From assembly GCA_905178155.1 (NCBI GenBank), contig CAJINV010000002.1, positions 820,422-884,421 on the forward strand: a stretch of DNA of 64,000 bases, given 5' to 3'. The notes below the pieces were generated by a model. That model had not been told where the DNA came from and searched no databases. It saw nothing but the letters and a program-made list of their open reading frames with translations. The translations under genes were made by a program, and so were the position numbers. This stretch comes from Amoebophrya sp. A120. Taxonomy: Eukaryota; Protista; Dinoflagellata. Positions 26,003 to 39,228 of this stretch are shown piece by piece (within the stretch, counting starts at the first letter, position 1; each line of letters opens with the position of its first letter).

Positions 26003-26449
26003 TTTGATGGCGATCTTGATGTCAGTCTGTCCTCGTCATCTCATAGAAGTCTCAATCCTCCGGCTTCAGGGTCCATCTTTCCGGTGCGGAGATTGAGTGC
26101 CGAATTCATTTCCTCAATCAGAGAGCGTGCGACTCACTGTGACTGAGACAATCCCATCAGTACAAAACAACCTTCGGAGCAGCTTTTTTGTCCCTCCCCC
26201 TCGTCATGCACAGCCACGCTCTTCAGCAGTGCTCAATCATGTCGCTGTGGTGACAAGCAAGTGTAAGTGAAACCGTGTAGCACCATACTTTACACTCTAC
26301 TGCTTCACACTGCGGCTCGGCAGCCAAAAGCAAGAACAACTCGTCGGGCGCCGTGAGAAAGCGCCCAACGCTGACAGACCGACGCGTGACTGCGAAGGCA
26401 ATCCCCTCTCCTTTCACGATTTAAGACACACACTCTCGGTGACGCCGGC

Positions 26450-29400
26450 CTGCAAACTAACACCGCCCGGGAAGAGCGGGGCACGGGGCCAGAGGCCGGC
26501 TGCGTCACAGGATACTGCCAAGACATTTCATGCACAGGGCAAAGTCTGTCATTCGTGATTCCCAAAGCGACGGACCCCATCCGGCTGCGAAATACGGGCA
26601 GCGCTTACAGGGCGGGCGCGCCATGCGCGGCAATGGGCAACGGGCCAACGCCCCACATGTTTGAAGTAATGCCCCCGCGTCACTAGGCACCACGCCCATC
26701 CATCGCGCTGCCAAAAGGCCCCCCGCGAATGGGGCCAGCAACACGGGAACAGGCCTAGTACCAAGAGCGGACCGGAGCAGGCACGCCAAACAACCATGCG
26801 CGCGCGGCGGCTGCGGGGTCCTCTCGGACATACCGCGCAAGGCCGCCCACGCAGATGCAGGGCCGCGAGGGATCAAAAACCCCACCGCCGCCGCAGAGGG
26901 GCCCGCGCGCGCCCCGGGGCGGCCGGGGCACGCAAGCACTCGAAGGGCAGCGGCAGGCCCACCGAAGAACCAGCCGCCGCCAATGAATCAAGGGGGCCAC
27001 CCAGCACACGAAGGGGCGGACACAGGCAACGGCTGGCGTGACGCTTGGCGGAGTCGTTGGCGCGCCCCATCATGAATGTCGCTGGCCCCGGCGCCTGGCC
27101 TGGGAGGATGGCGATTCTACTGGCGGCCGCCCAGTCACTCAGACGCGCGGGCGCGGCCGGCCGCGCGGCTCCCTGGCTGAGGGAGGCGGCCTGCCCGTCC
27201 TGTGCGTCTTGACGGAAGAAGACGGGTCGCCCCATGCATCCATCGCGCCCCACGGCTGGCTCAGCCCTCTGTCTACGCGTCGGGGCGCGGTGCCTCTCTT
27301 TGCTTGCTACATCACAGGTGAGCATCTTGCTTGTTGACATTGCCGTTGTGAAAACTAGGTAAACACACGTATCTTCGCCACGCACATGTCATCTCTCACT
27401 GTTCCCTCACCTTTCATGCCCATGCTTCATCTCGTCGTGCTGCGCCAATACGTGTGACAACTCTAATATCTCCTTTTCCTTCTCTCTCTTTCACGGACAA
27501 CAGCTGTCATTCGGTAGTAATGCTGCCTAGAACAGCAAGGAGGAGAAGAGCGCAACCACAACTCAACACTCAGACCCACTCTTGGTTAGTAAAAATGGAT
27601 AAGGTGGCCTCGCCTCTTGGTCGTCGTGCAGTTCGCTGCAATTCAGAGCAAGCTGCGATACAGCATTCTTCTACGAGCTCCGGTAATGCAACAACAAGAG
27701 CTAGGCTTTTATAATAAGTTGATGGCGCTAGTTTCAGTTGCGCTCCCGGACTTCACCAGGCAAACCGCCGGCCCAGGGCCGCGAGCGCTGGCGCCCGCAC
27801 CAGGTGCGATGGCCGGCAGCACGGGAGCAGGCAGCACACCCGCCAAACCACTACCGCGGGGCAGCTTCACGCACGACCCTGCCCGACGGCCACGTTCGTA
27901 GGTAACGGGCAGGCGCCCAGCGAAGGAGGACACGCAGGCATGAGGGCCAGCGCGGCCCCTATGCAGGCATGCATACGAAAGCCCTAAGCCGAAACGGGCA
28001 GCCACCTGGCCCGCCCCTTCGTTCGGATATTCGCGGCGGCGCGCCGCGCGGCGCCCCCGAAAGAAGCGCCGGCGCTTCCTGGGCTCGATGCCCCGGCCGG
28101 TCCCGCCTAACCAACTAGCAGGAGGGCAGGCGGGGGCGGCCGGCGCTGCCGCGACGGGCCAGGCCGCCCGGCCTTGTTTCGTCCAAAGATGGGAAATAAA
28201 ACGGAAAGGGGCCGACACGCGCGACAACTTTGCCGAATGTGATGCGCCCGCTCGGTCGGATTCAGCAGTTTGTGGAACGTCTCGCCCCCTGCCCCGAAGG
28301 TTGTGCCACCAGCGTCATCAGCTCGCTGAGCGCCCGCGGCCTGCTGCGCCAAAATCGCGCCAACCAACTCGGAGAGAACACGCGCTGCCCCATCCACTAG
28401 GCCACCGAAAACGGGGGCCATAAATTTCACGCACCATCGCACACATAGCCTATATTATTTGCGAAACAAAGCGCCGCGCTTTTACTTCTCACTCCTACAA
28501 GACCCGCGCCTCTCTGTCTGTTTCCACGCGGACTTCTACACTCCAAAACCCCTCGCTGCACTCTCAATACACATAAACGTCGGTGTTCAAATCTCAATGC
28601 ACTCTCCCTTTTTCTGGCGCCGGCTGAAGCAACAGAAACAAAATGGCCCACAGCAATATGAGTAGACGCCTCCTAATGCCGAAGACGTATGACCGTTAGG
28701 CGTTTTGTGCAGCGGCCGGCAACCTGCGCTAAAGTAGCATTCTATTCCGAACTTCGTTTGAAGCCGCGCAGGAGCCAATCTTGTTTTATTCGTCTGACTA
28801 ACCCGGGCCCGCCAGACCAGGTCGATGGCCCATGGCCGCGAACGCCGGTGGCCGCGCCCCACCACCGAGGGCAGACAGGCAACACGATTGCCAAAAGCCT
28901 TCACTGGGGCGGCCACACCCATCTTACACAGCGCACCAGCCACGAAGCAGGCGCCGGGCACCTGGCGCCGGGTGTGCTGGTGGCGGCGTGCGTTGCACCG
29001 GCCAACGGGCCAAGGAAGCGACAGGCGGCGCCGGCAGCCAGCGGGGCCGCCCGGCGCGGGCCTATGTGGCACCGCAGCCCCCTGGTGGCGGGCGGGGGGC
29101 GAGCCGAGGGGCGGCGCGGGTGCGGCCGGCTCGGCCGCAGAACATTGACAACAGGCAAACGGGCCGCGCTACTTGTTTCGTCCGAAGACGACGCGGGTCC
29201 TACCGAAACCTTCCCCGCCGCCGGTCGCCTTGGGCGTTTTTTTAGAAAGAAGATCCGGAATCTGGCCGAGACCGCTCCCGGCCCCCTCGCTCACTCTGTC
29301 ACACCGGGCGGCGTGGTCCTTTATCCTCCAGGGCAACTTTCCCAGCGAGCTCCTAGCTGGCTGCGCCAGTAGTTCGGCCAGCTCGGCGAGAAAAGCAAGC

Positions 29401-29710
29401 GGCGCCCGTTCTCCTGGTCCAGAGGCGGAAGCCAGAAACAAAGAGATGACTACGTGTGCATTATTTCTGAAACAACATGAGCATCAGCATCACGTCATAA
29501 TATCATAACTCTGCTACAAGACCCATACACTTCTCTCTCTTCCCATACGCACCCCTACACGCCAAAGTCCCTCGCTGCCCTCTCAGTACCTTCCATCACG
29601 CTCTCTCCAACTCACGTGACAAGATTTTAAACCTCAAAAATGCACTCTTCTTCAGTAGAAGTGACTGGTAGTGCTGCCGCCGGGTGCTGAAGCAGCAGAA
29701 ACGAGACAAT
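26450..29710. repeat. Three GC-rich blocks, diverged ~1-kb tandem units
   Basis: CTACAAGACCC...CCCTCGCTGC.CTCTCA.TAC...GCTGAAGCA.CAGAAAC shared at ~28495-28640 and ~29515-29703. Confidence 0.55.
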
Positions 29711-29913
29711 AGCCACCGAGAACAAACACGTATCGCTGGCCTCGAGGAGGTCCGCGAAATCGGCAACAGGGTCTCAATCTACTTTGCCTGATCATTAATT
29801 CTACTTGCGTGTCTGTCTTACTCGGCGCTAGCGAAGTTACAGCAACTTCGGGTTGGAGTTCGTGTAAGAAGTGCTGTATGAACAGCAAGTGCGAATTCCT
29901 CTTCCGTATTCTG

Positions 29914-31535
29914 TCAATTATCTCTATCATCCCTGACTTCGTCGGGTACGTTCATTTTCCCCTGGTCCGCCCCTAAAGCGGCCAGCACGATACACAACAA
30001 AATCGCCAGTGTGATGAACGTATGAACTGCAAAACTATCGCACTCGTATAAATCAATGCATGACAAATTCCCTCAGCGCGAATAAAAATAAAAATTGTAA
30101 TGCGGATTTTGTAATGCATGATCGCAATACGAGTACGATACTTTTGCAGACGATAGAACGCACACAGCATCTGCACGCACTTATCACTCGCCGCTCCCCG
30201 CATCAACCCGCTTACCACATGTCTCGTCCGCTGGAGTGTGTTCTATCAAATGTAAAAACGTCTGGGTCTGGAAGAGTTGGAACTTGTCATGCGAATTCTG
30301 GAATACGAATAGGCAGAAATTTGTATTGCATAAGCGCCAAAAGCTTCCCATTTGTTGCTATGCAAATAGGGAATTTCTCATGCGGAATAGACATCAGGAG
30401 GCCTGCGCAAAACCTGTAATGCTTCTGCGTGCATTAGAGACCAGCTGCGTGATGGTGATCCAGAAGATGCATGACAAACTCCTGCAACCTTCCAGACCCA
30501 GACATTTTTGCATTTGATATGTTCTGCACGTCGTCCATCTCCTGCATCGTCCTTCCCATCCGCTCCTCGTGTGCGTGCATCGTTTGTAACGACCTAGTCC
30601 CGATCTGCTCCGCGTCTGCGGCCATCCGGAGAATCCGCTTGAGCGACTCCTCTGTTCTGTCCTGCAATTTATCCCCCAGTTGTATCGCACGGTTGGATTG
30701 CTGTTGCAGCTGAAACTGGCTTGATCCTGCGCTGTTCATCTGCGGGTTTTCCGGATCAAATTCCGCCCTGACATCGTCTAACCTCCGCTGGTCGACTTGT
30801 TCCATGTTTTCGTATTTTCCGAGCAGGTTTTTCGATTTCTGCTGGTTCGTGGAGCGTTGGATCTCCTTTTTCCGGAACTCCAGCTCCGTTTGTTGCTTCT
30901 TCAGCTCGGAACGGAAGTCGGAGAGGGTCTGGATTTGTCGTTGTATTGGGGTTTTGCATTACAGAAGTACGACTCTATCTCTAATCGTGTCCTGCATGAC
31001 AAAAACCTAACAAGCTGCTGCTATGCATGACAAACAACACCTCAGAAAATACCTGTTCATACCCGCCCCGAATGACCTCATCCTTGCAGGCGCGGAGCTC
31101 CAGCTGCAACGCTTCCAGCAAGTTACGAATATGATGTGCAAAAGCATTGTACCACTCGTAGCATTGGCGGTACTGCATGACAGATCGACTTCCGTATGCT
31201 AATCAGCATGACAATCTCGTCCACTTATTTCCATGCTAGTAGGCGTCAAACTTGCAATGCAGTTCCCACTACTAGTAAGTACGATGCTTTTGCGATGCAT
31301 AACGACACCTCGACACCAGCTGATTACACACGCGAATTTGCGCGGCGGCTTGTCGCGACTTTTCCTGTTCCACGTTAGGGTTTTTTGAGGAGGAGCTGGA
31401 GCTCGAACTCCCGAAGAGACCACCGCCGCCGCTAGGTCCTTGTCCCTGCAACTGCTGGATCGCTTTTTTCAAATCCTCCAGTGCGTCTTTTATCCCCTGC
31501 TCCTGGTTTTGCAGGGCTAATTTGGAGATCGACAT
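29914..31535 (-). CDS. Qb-type SNARE, NPSN/VTI1-like, with C-terminal transmembrane anchor; 5 exons
   Basis: SNARE heptad GDKLQDRTEESLKRILRMAADAEQIGTRSLQTMHAHEERMGRTMQEMDDVQN|TLQRTRHVVSGLMRGAASDKC, then TM MLCAF|ITLAILLCIVLAAL. Confidence 0.82.
30021..30155. mobile_element. Introner family C
   Basis: TIR, TSD GAACG; splits the SNARE TM helix. Confidence 0.9.
30244..30519. mobile_element. Introner family A
   Basis: TIR, TSD TGTTC. Confidence 0.9.
31130..31301. mobile_element. Introner family C (aged)
   Basis: TIR, flanks ACGAA/ACGAC. Confidence 0.8.
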
Positions 31536-32051
31536 GGCGGTTTTGTGTTGCCGATGAAATCGGTTCCGCAGTTGCAGCCTTTCTGCTGATTGAAGGGCAG
31601 AAGTGCGATGCTGGGTTGTGCGAAAATGTGGTGCAAGAGATGTTGCAATTTTGGTGTCGTCCCGCCGCCAACAAAATGGTCATGTATCCTTGGTACTTTG
31701 CTTCGCGTAGAAAAAGAACTAGATTTATGACGTTTCTACTAGTACGTGCTTAATATGCGGGAGGAGCGCTATTCGATCTTGTCCTGTACATCGGAGGCGG
31801 ATCAACAATAACGCAATGGAGATCTTCCAGCCGCGTCACATCAACGATCATTCCATTTCGATTGTTTCATCAAAACCAGTGGGCCGGCACGAACAATTTT
31901 TGAAGACGACCTGGACATCTGAACACCAAGCAGAATCATGACGAGATCATGCGGGAGGAGCATCTCAGATGCGCTATCTACTAGCCTCAAACGAGAGCAG
32001 GCTTGAGCGCATCTATAAGCGTTTACTCTTCAACTTCTTGGAAACAGAAAC

Positions 32052-34297
32052 TCAGAAACGGAAACATTCGCGTCGAAAACGTGCTCTGAACGTCATTTCA
32101 TCAAAACGTTTGACATCATCATATCTGCCGCACCTCCTCCTCCACCAGAAGAAGACGCGGAAAAACCACCAGCACTACTTCCGCCCATCATTCCCGCCCC
32201 TATCCTGGACTCCTCCCCCACAAAAGCGCTCAAATCCGTCTGCGCCGGCGGCCAGATCGGCATGCGAGGGTAGGTATCAAAAGTAAAAATGTCTGGGTCT
32301 GGAAACTTGTGATGCTGGGTGGCGTCTCATGATGACGCTACAAATGCTGGCTCAGCATGACAAGTTTCTGCTCTCCTAGGTGTTGCCTATTCTGCATGAC
32401 AAACTGCGTTTCTGCATCACAGAAAAACGGAGCTCTTGGGTAACATGCATGACAGATTTAAGAGTCATGCCAGACAAGCATGACAAACATGAATTCTTCC
32501 AGACCCAGACATTTTTACAGTTGATAGTAGGTGTTTGGCGGCGTGATGTAAAGCTGCCCCTGCTTGTTACCCGAACTCGAATTCATGTTGGACGCCAAAA
32601 TCTGCCGTTCCATATATGCAATACAGATTTCCCGTACATGATGTACAAGATGCATCACAAATTTCACCAATTTGGAGTGCCACACTTGTCATGCTAAACT
32701 AGGATCGAAACCCAAATTTGTCATGCAGAGGCCGCATTTGTACTACGTGTACGGGAGATTTACTGTGGATACCAAATTCCCGCACAACACCCTGGCTTTC
32801 ATTACCGGGGCGGAAGTCAGTAGCGCTTTGTTCCGAATAAATTCGTTTGACGGATCTTGGTTGTCTTCTGGTGTTGCAGAAGACGCAGCGGCTCCGGACA
32901 CGTCGTCTCCTGGGGGTTCGGCTATCCCGCCTTCTTCTGGTGATAAGGTGCTCTCAGCGTCTTCTCCTGCGCCACCTCCAGTTGTTGTACCGTCTCCCTC
33001 TCCACCGCCTTCCTTCACCTTCGCCGCATCCTCCTCCGCTTCTCTATTCGCACTTCCAAAATCGGGTTCTACCTCCTTCTTCGTAACCAACAGCCAGTTC
33101 TTGAAGCGGTCGCAGGTTTTCCGCAAATTTTTCAGCAAATCCGAACTCTCGTACGACTTCTCATACTTCTCGTTCTCCGCCTGCCGGTAAGCTAAAACCG
33201 CGTTTTCCTTACAAGTATTAACTGCAAATAACGCATCGCACTCATATACAACATGCATTACAAATTTCCTCAGCTGCATGAGAAAGATAATTTGTAATGC
33301 GGATTTACCTCAAGAAAAGATTTGTAATGCATGATTACAATTACAACGAGTACGATATTTTTGCTGTTCATAGCAAGACTGTCCGATCTGCCAGTGTTTG
33401 GTCGCGATGGTTTCGTATCAAATGCAAAAGTGTCTGGATCTGGAAAGTTGGAACTTGTGATGCTGACTTTGGACTCTAAAAAAATCTGTATTGCATGACC
33501 AGCAAGAGGAGTCTAGTTTGTGCTACGCGGGGAGGGCGTTTGTCATGCGGAAATGGTATCAAGAAAGTTGCCAAAAATCTGTGATGCTGGGTCATGCATT
33601 ACAATCATCATGGGTCATGCCAGACAAGCATGACAAGCCTTCCATTTTTCCAGACCCAGACATTTTTGCATTTGATATTTCGAAATAGTTCGCCACTTGC
33701 GCGTACTTCGCCGCCTTCTGCGCAGCTTCGAAGGCGACGGACTGTTTTGTATCTGCTAGGTAAGTATCCTGTGCAAAAGTATCGTACTCGTAGTAATTGC
33801 AGTCATGCATTACAAAACTTTTTCTTAAGGTAAATCAGCATTACAAATTTTATTTCTCTTGCTGAAAGAATTTGCAATGCATTTATACGAATGCGATACT
33901 TTTGCAGTTCATAGTAAGACGGGTAGAGCGGTTCCGCTGCCTTCCAGGGGTCGGGGCCGGTGAGACCGGCGTACTCCTCTATCCTGAGTAAAAACGTACC
34001 CACACCATAGTCAAGATGGGGAATCGGCTAGACAAATCCACAAGTTTTGGCTGTTTTGCATGACAAATTTGCATTCGTAGTGTAGTGCGGTTTGAGCTAG
34101 CTCAGCAGCATCACAGATCTAGCATACCATGCTGATTGGAGCATGACAAATTGCAAAACACGACTAGAAAATGCTTCTCATGGGGCTCCGCATGAGAAAC
34201 ATTTTCAGCATGCAGATTTGCATTACAACTCTGGTGTGGGTACGTTTTTACTGAGGATATCCTCCTTTTCGACATCGTCCGCCGGGGGCAGATACAT
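32052..34297 (-). CDS. Hypothetical protein, 7 exons separated by 6 introners
   Basis: MYLPPADDVEKE|EYAGLTGPDPWKAAEPLYPSY|LADTKQ...; main exon ORF 32743..33279; ends ...FRRECFRF*. Confidence 0.65.
32275..32526. mobile_element. Introner family A
   Basis: TIR, TSD GTAGG; near-identical to 4000-4250. Confidence 0.9.
32615..32771. mobile_element. Introner family E
   Basis: TIR, flanks CCATA/CCAAA; reverse-complement homolog of 45492-45648. Confidence 0.85.
33216..33372. mobile_element. Introner family C
   Basis: Degenerate TIR, flanks ACAAG/GCAAG. Confidence 0.8.
33416..33677. mobile_element. Introner family A
   Basis: TIR, TSD TTTCG. Confidence 0.9.
33765..33913. mobile_element. Introner family C
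   Basis: TIR, TSD GTAAG. Confidence 0.9.
33980..34259. mobile_element. Introner family B
   Basis: ~30-bp TIR, TSD TCCTC; near-identical to 63009-63288. Confidence 0.9.
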
Positions 34298-34894
34298 CTT
34301 GGGGTAAGTGTTTTGGTGTAACTTAAATTTTGGAAGTATAACAATACAAATTCACGCCTTTGATGTACCTTGTTGTCGTTGCTGCGCGCCACGAGTAATG
34401 AAGCCTTCTTGTTCTTCTAGTACTTCTAGTTCGACGACATTTTCGATCTTGTGCACACGTTCTGCGTCGAAAACAGCGAAAAAAGATTGCAAATTCACAT
34501 CTTCCAAAGGAAGGAAATCGAAATGTAGTTCTCTCGGGCGTCGACTTTTCCTTTTTAGATCATCGAAGGCGAACGCGCTCGTTGTAGGCTCTCAGAGTAG
34601 CATGCGACGAGTCGAAACATGAATGGAGCGAACACGGAGGAAAAACAAAACTCCCGCTCGTGCGAGCCACAAAGTCAACCGGTTTATTTCTATTTCACAC
34701 AATGACAAAAGTACACAGTGTCTAAAGAGAATATCGTGACAAGGGCAAAACATCGTTCTTCTGGAGTCCTTCCAATCTCCACAGAACTTCATCCCTAGGC
34801 AAATGATAATGATGTAAAAAAATGTATAGTGTAAGACTTCTCCAATTGTTCTTGTAAAACGCTGATTCCTTGTCACCTTGAGGGTGCACTACTT

Positions 34895-37800
34895 TCACCA
34901 CGCCCCCTGTCCGTGGAACCCCGATCCGCGCATGCCCCAACCATCATTGTGCGCTGCACCCCAAGCCATGTCATTGTGCGTTGCCATCCAGGAATCGCGA
35001 TACTGCCAGCCGGAGCTATCGCCTTCTCCTCCTTTTCCATACGAAGATATTCTGGCAGCGGCTCCTGTCGCACCACCGCCACCGTCGCCAGAAGGATGAT
35101 AATATCCAGCTGAGGACACGGTTGTGTAGCTGTAGTTTTCCGTATAAATATCGCCTTTCCTCCCGCTCAATCGCTTCTTCTGTAGATTCTCCATCGAGGG
35201 GCGTGGAGGTGCAGCTCCGGCGAGCGTGTTGCTACGAGTTAGCTTTCCCCTTCCCTTTGACGTAGTAGCTGCTCCAGGAGCCGATGGCAACTGCAATTTC
35301 GGAACAGCAGCTGCACCACCAGCAGCTGATGAACTACCTCCATTTGCGCCCGACTGCCCCGCACTCCCACCCCGCCTCGGTGTTGTTGGAGTGATAGCCT
35401 GCTCACCACTCCCACCTCGCCTGGGTGTGGTTGGGGCGATTGGCAAGTTAGACTTCCGGGGCCCCGGGGAAGGAGTCTCACCTTGATTCCCGTAAGAACT
35501 ACCGTATAATTGCTGCGCCGCGAGTCTTGGCGGCAACCTGACCATCGGCCCGTGATGCGCGTAAAAGGGGGCGGTTCTGGGTGTCGAATGTGGCGTCGCC
35601 GGCGGGGTAAATTGTTCGTCACTTTTTCTCCTTCCACTCAACCGAAGCGCGTTTGGTGCTAGCTCGTCAGACGGTCTCGGTGTTGCAGCAGCTCTTGGTG
35701 TCTTCATCTCCTCCGCCACTAATTTCGGATCCGTTTCGGCCGCTGGTTCCAAACACGCACTCGGCCGTTGGTAGTAACCGGCGCGATAGTAGATGATAAA
35801 TTCCGGTAATATTTGCGATGGATCGAACAGGACAAATTCCCGGAATTTCAATCTGATGTTGTCCGCCATCAATGTATTGAAACCCGCCTTTCCCATTTTC
35901 TCCGCGACCCCTTCTTCGATTTCGAAGTGGGGTGTCGAATTTTTACTGTCCCTTTTCTCGGCAGCATCAGCTGCGTCCTTCACCGCCTCATCGGAATTTG
36001 TGATGCAGTTAAAAGCCATATTGTCAATTTTTTCCAAATCCTCCGCCTTACACGCCATTTTGTGGCTGACAAACACCTTGCCCAGCGCACTTCTGCACAA
36101 CAGCTGCGTGCGGGGCTTCGTAATCGCGTTCATTTGCTCGGGGAAGTACAGCCTGGCCCCGGCGGAACAGTGCGATTTCTCGTTCACTGTGAGAAGTTGC
36201 TTGTCCACACGGGTGGGCTGGGTGTTGTAGTAGTATTCCGAAACGGTTTTAGCAATACTTGTTTTGCGGCTGTTGGAGTTTGTGGTTGTGTTTGATTTGA
36301 TGTTCATCCCGCCGCCGTCTTCTGACTCTGTAAAGGATTTGAAGTTGTTAACTCTGTCCATGGATTCCAACTCAACCAACTCAGCCGTATATCTGTCCGC
36401 TTTCGAACTCGCTTCTGCTAGGTAAATCGCCTTTCCAAACCGAGACCCGTGCTTCGATTTCTCACTCGCTTCTGGTAGGTTGATATGAACTTCAAAAGCA
36501 TCGCACTCGTACTAATTGCAAACATGCATGACAAATCGTCTTCCTAAAGTAAAACAGCATTACGAATCCCATTTGTGATGCTGAGGGAAGTTGTGATGCT
36601 ATTTATACGTAGCACGTTGCTTTTGCAGTTCATAGTTGAACCCCTTCTGCGCGATCTCCCACGCGTTTCTTTCCTTCGTACCGTGGAAAAGGAAGCATTC
36701 GTTGTATTCTTTGTAAACCGGGTAAACATGGTCGTCGACGTAATTACTTGAATATGAATTGTAATTGTTCGAATTCGAATTATCTCCAAAAACCTCCGGC
36801 AGCGCCCTGGGCCAGATTTTATCCGGAGTGACTTTCTCCGTCATCACCTTATTCGTGTCGAACTGCGTTTTTTTCTCGACATTCGTGTACATTTTGTCAG
36901 AGATCCAGTCAAACTGTTCCCAGATTTTTTCCCTCGTATCCTCAAACAACTCAACCTGGTTCTCGGAATAGCACCAGTAAACCTTGTCCACAACGTAGAA
37001 ATCTGGGACGTTTTCCTGTAACTTCACCGACCTGGGATGTTGCTCCTTTTTCAAATTCGCGAGAACCACATTTGTTGCGTTTTTCAACTTTTGTACCGCG
37101 GGACCTTGTTTATCCTTAATCTCATTCTTGACCTCGTCCTTCACCTTGATCGCCGCTGCCAAATTCGCGGTTTGCCGCTTCTTTTTCAGATTCGACTCCC
37201 ACATTAACTCGTGTTGGGAATCCGTTTTCCGGTGGGTTTCAGTATGGAAGTGCACAACTCCTGCTCCCCCTCATTTGTATGGCATGGCCAGCAATACAAA
37301 CACCAGCACACGTGTATGCTGTGCATGACAAGTTCATGCGACGGATGCAGTGCTGTTTGCGCTTCCAGGTTTTGTCATGCAAACAGTGCCACAAGTCAGT
37401 GCAGCAACCGGATTTGGGATTTTGCATGACAAATGACGGGGAGGGGGAGTTGTGCACTCTCATATTCGTTTAAAAGCTTTTCGAAGACATTGATGACTTG
37501 TGCGTGCTTCGGGTTTTCTCTGTGGAAGGAGGTGTGGGTGAAAAACCCGATAGACTGTGGCTCATCTCGTACACTCCCATCAGTAGACCGGCTGCCGGGA
37601 GTTCTCGTACTGCTTGTGCTCCTCTTTGTCTTGGTAGAAGAAGTTGTACTTCTCGGTTTCTTGTTAGAAGTGTTACCGCCTGCAGGAGGTGGTGGACTAC
37701 TTACTTTTGCGGCTTGTACTTTCGCGGAGGTTTTTTTCACAATATCGTTTTTCACCTGTTTCACCTTCTCGGTCACCTGTTTCACCTTCTCGGCTCTCGG

Positions 37801-39228
37801 TTGTTGCAAAGGTGCGGTCTTTTTGCTTTTGAAAAGCGAACTCCAAAAACCTTCGCCCTCGGGTTTCGGCTGTTTTCGTGCTAGCGGGAGAAGGCCCTTG
37901 ACATCATAGGCACTAGAGCTGCCTGCAGTTTCTTCTTCTGGATGTAGTTGCGGAGCCACGCGCACCTCCAAAACTCTATCGTCACTATCTACCCGGTACT
38001 CCACTGGCGTGCCTTTCTCCAAAATGAAAACGGAATGATTTTCATCTGTAGTCAGCTCGACCTTGGAGAATTGGAGGAGCTGCAGATCCTCATCGTGCAG
38101 CCCGTCGTGGCTTGCATGATCTTGATCTCCAGCAGGAGCACCTTCATGCACGATATCACCATCCGCCCCCTTCTGGTAATACGCTACTTTCGCCCCGTGG
38201 TGATCACCGTCGATGGCTAAGGATTTTGATTCCTCCTCATGATGATGATGGTGGTCTTCCGGCTTCCTCTCGTGTCCGACCAAATCATGGTTTATCAGTT
38301 TGTTGACATCAATGTGTTTCAGCAAGCCAAATCCGGATTTGTCATCGTAGTTCACGATCTCCCCCTTGTGGAACTTCTCATCTGGGTGGATTAAATCTTC
38401 CTCGTCCGATAAAGCTTTCGCCGTGTCTTGCTGTACTGCGACTGCCCCTGCTGGACCGGTTTCTATTGCGAGACTCGCTTGTAGGCGGGTTATAACCTCG
38501 TCGTTCCCTGCGGGAGCTACCTGTTGATCACCATCACCTTCGTGAAGAGGACCAACATCTTCCCCCTCCGTAATCCCGATCTCCACGAGAGAGTCATGCA
38601 AATACTTCGGATGACTACTCGGTAAAAAACTCTTCGACAGCGTTAGCTTCTTTTCCTTCTCGAGCTCGTTGAACTGCGCTATCTGGTCATAATACTCCTT
38701 TTTCACCCCGTGCATAACACTCACCGCCTCGCCCTCCGGGTGGGTTATATCTGAGAGAGCGTCAGCGTTTTTTGACAGCAGAGAACCGTGTCCTTGACCG
38801 GGTTCTTCTTTGAAGGGAGCTATTGTGGCGTTGAGTGGGGAGATCGACGCGGCAGACGATTCGGCTTCATCACCGTCGCTGTCGGTAAAAGCCAACGCCT
38901 CAAACAACCCCTGATGGTCGTAATTCTGCGGTTTTCTCGTCTGATGCGCGAATTTCACCACCTCGTCATCTGGTATAGTTGCGTCCGAAACTGCGCCAGT
39001 ATCGCTAGCGACGATCTTCTCGCCCCGTTGCATCAAAACTACGGAGGATTCGCTGCCTGAAACCACGGAGCTTTTACTAGCTGTATTAGCGTCTTTTGAA
39101 AACAACACGGGCGGTAGTTGTTTCGCTTTAACCGGTGGGGGTCCTTTCCGCGGTCGCGGTGGTGGGTGGTAGTTGAAGCGAAAAGCGCGCCGGCGGCCCT
39201 CGGGAAATGGGAGAAACTCTTCCGACAT
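34895..39228 (-). CDS. PARP catalytic-domain (ADP-ribosyltransferase) protein with long disordered flanks; 3 exons
   Basis: NECFLFHGT...IAQKGFN|LPEASEKSKHGSRFGKAIYLAEASSKADRY...LLCRSALG...FREFVLFDPSQILPEFIIYY, i.e. the H-Y-E motifs of the PARP fold. Confidence 0.85.
36484..36634. mobile_element. Introner family C
   Basis: TIR, TSD GTTGA; lies inside the PARP domain. Confidence 0.9.
37243..37464. mobile_element. Introner family D
   Basis: TIR AGTGCACAACTCC..CCCCTCATTTGT; homolog of 56683-56898. Confidence 0.85.
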
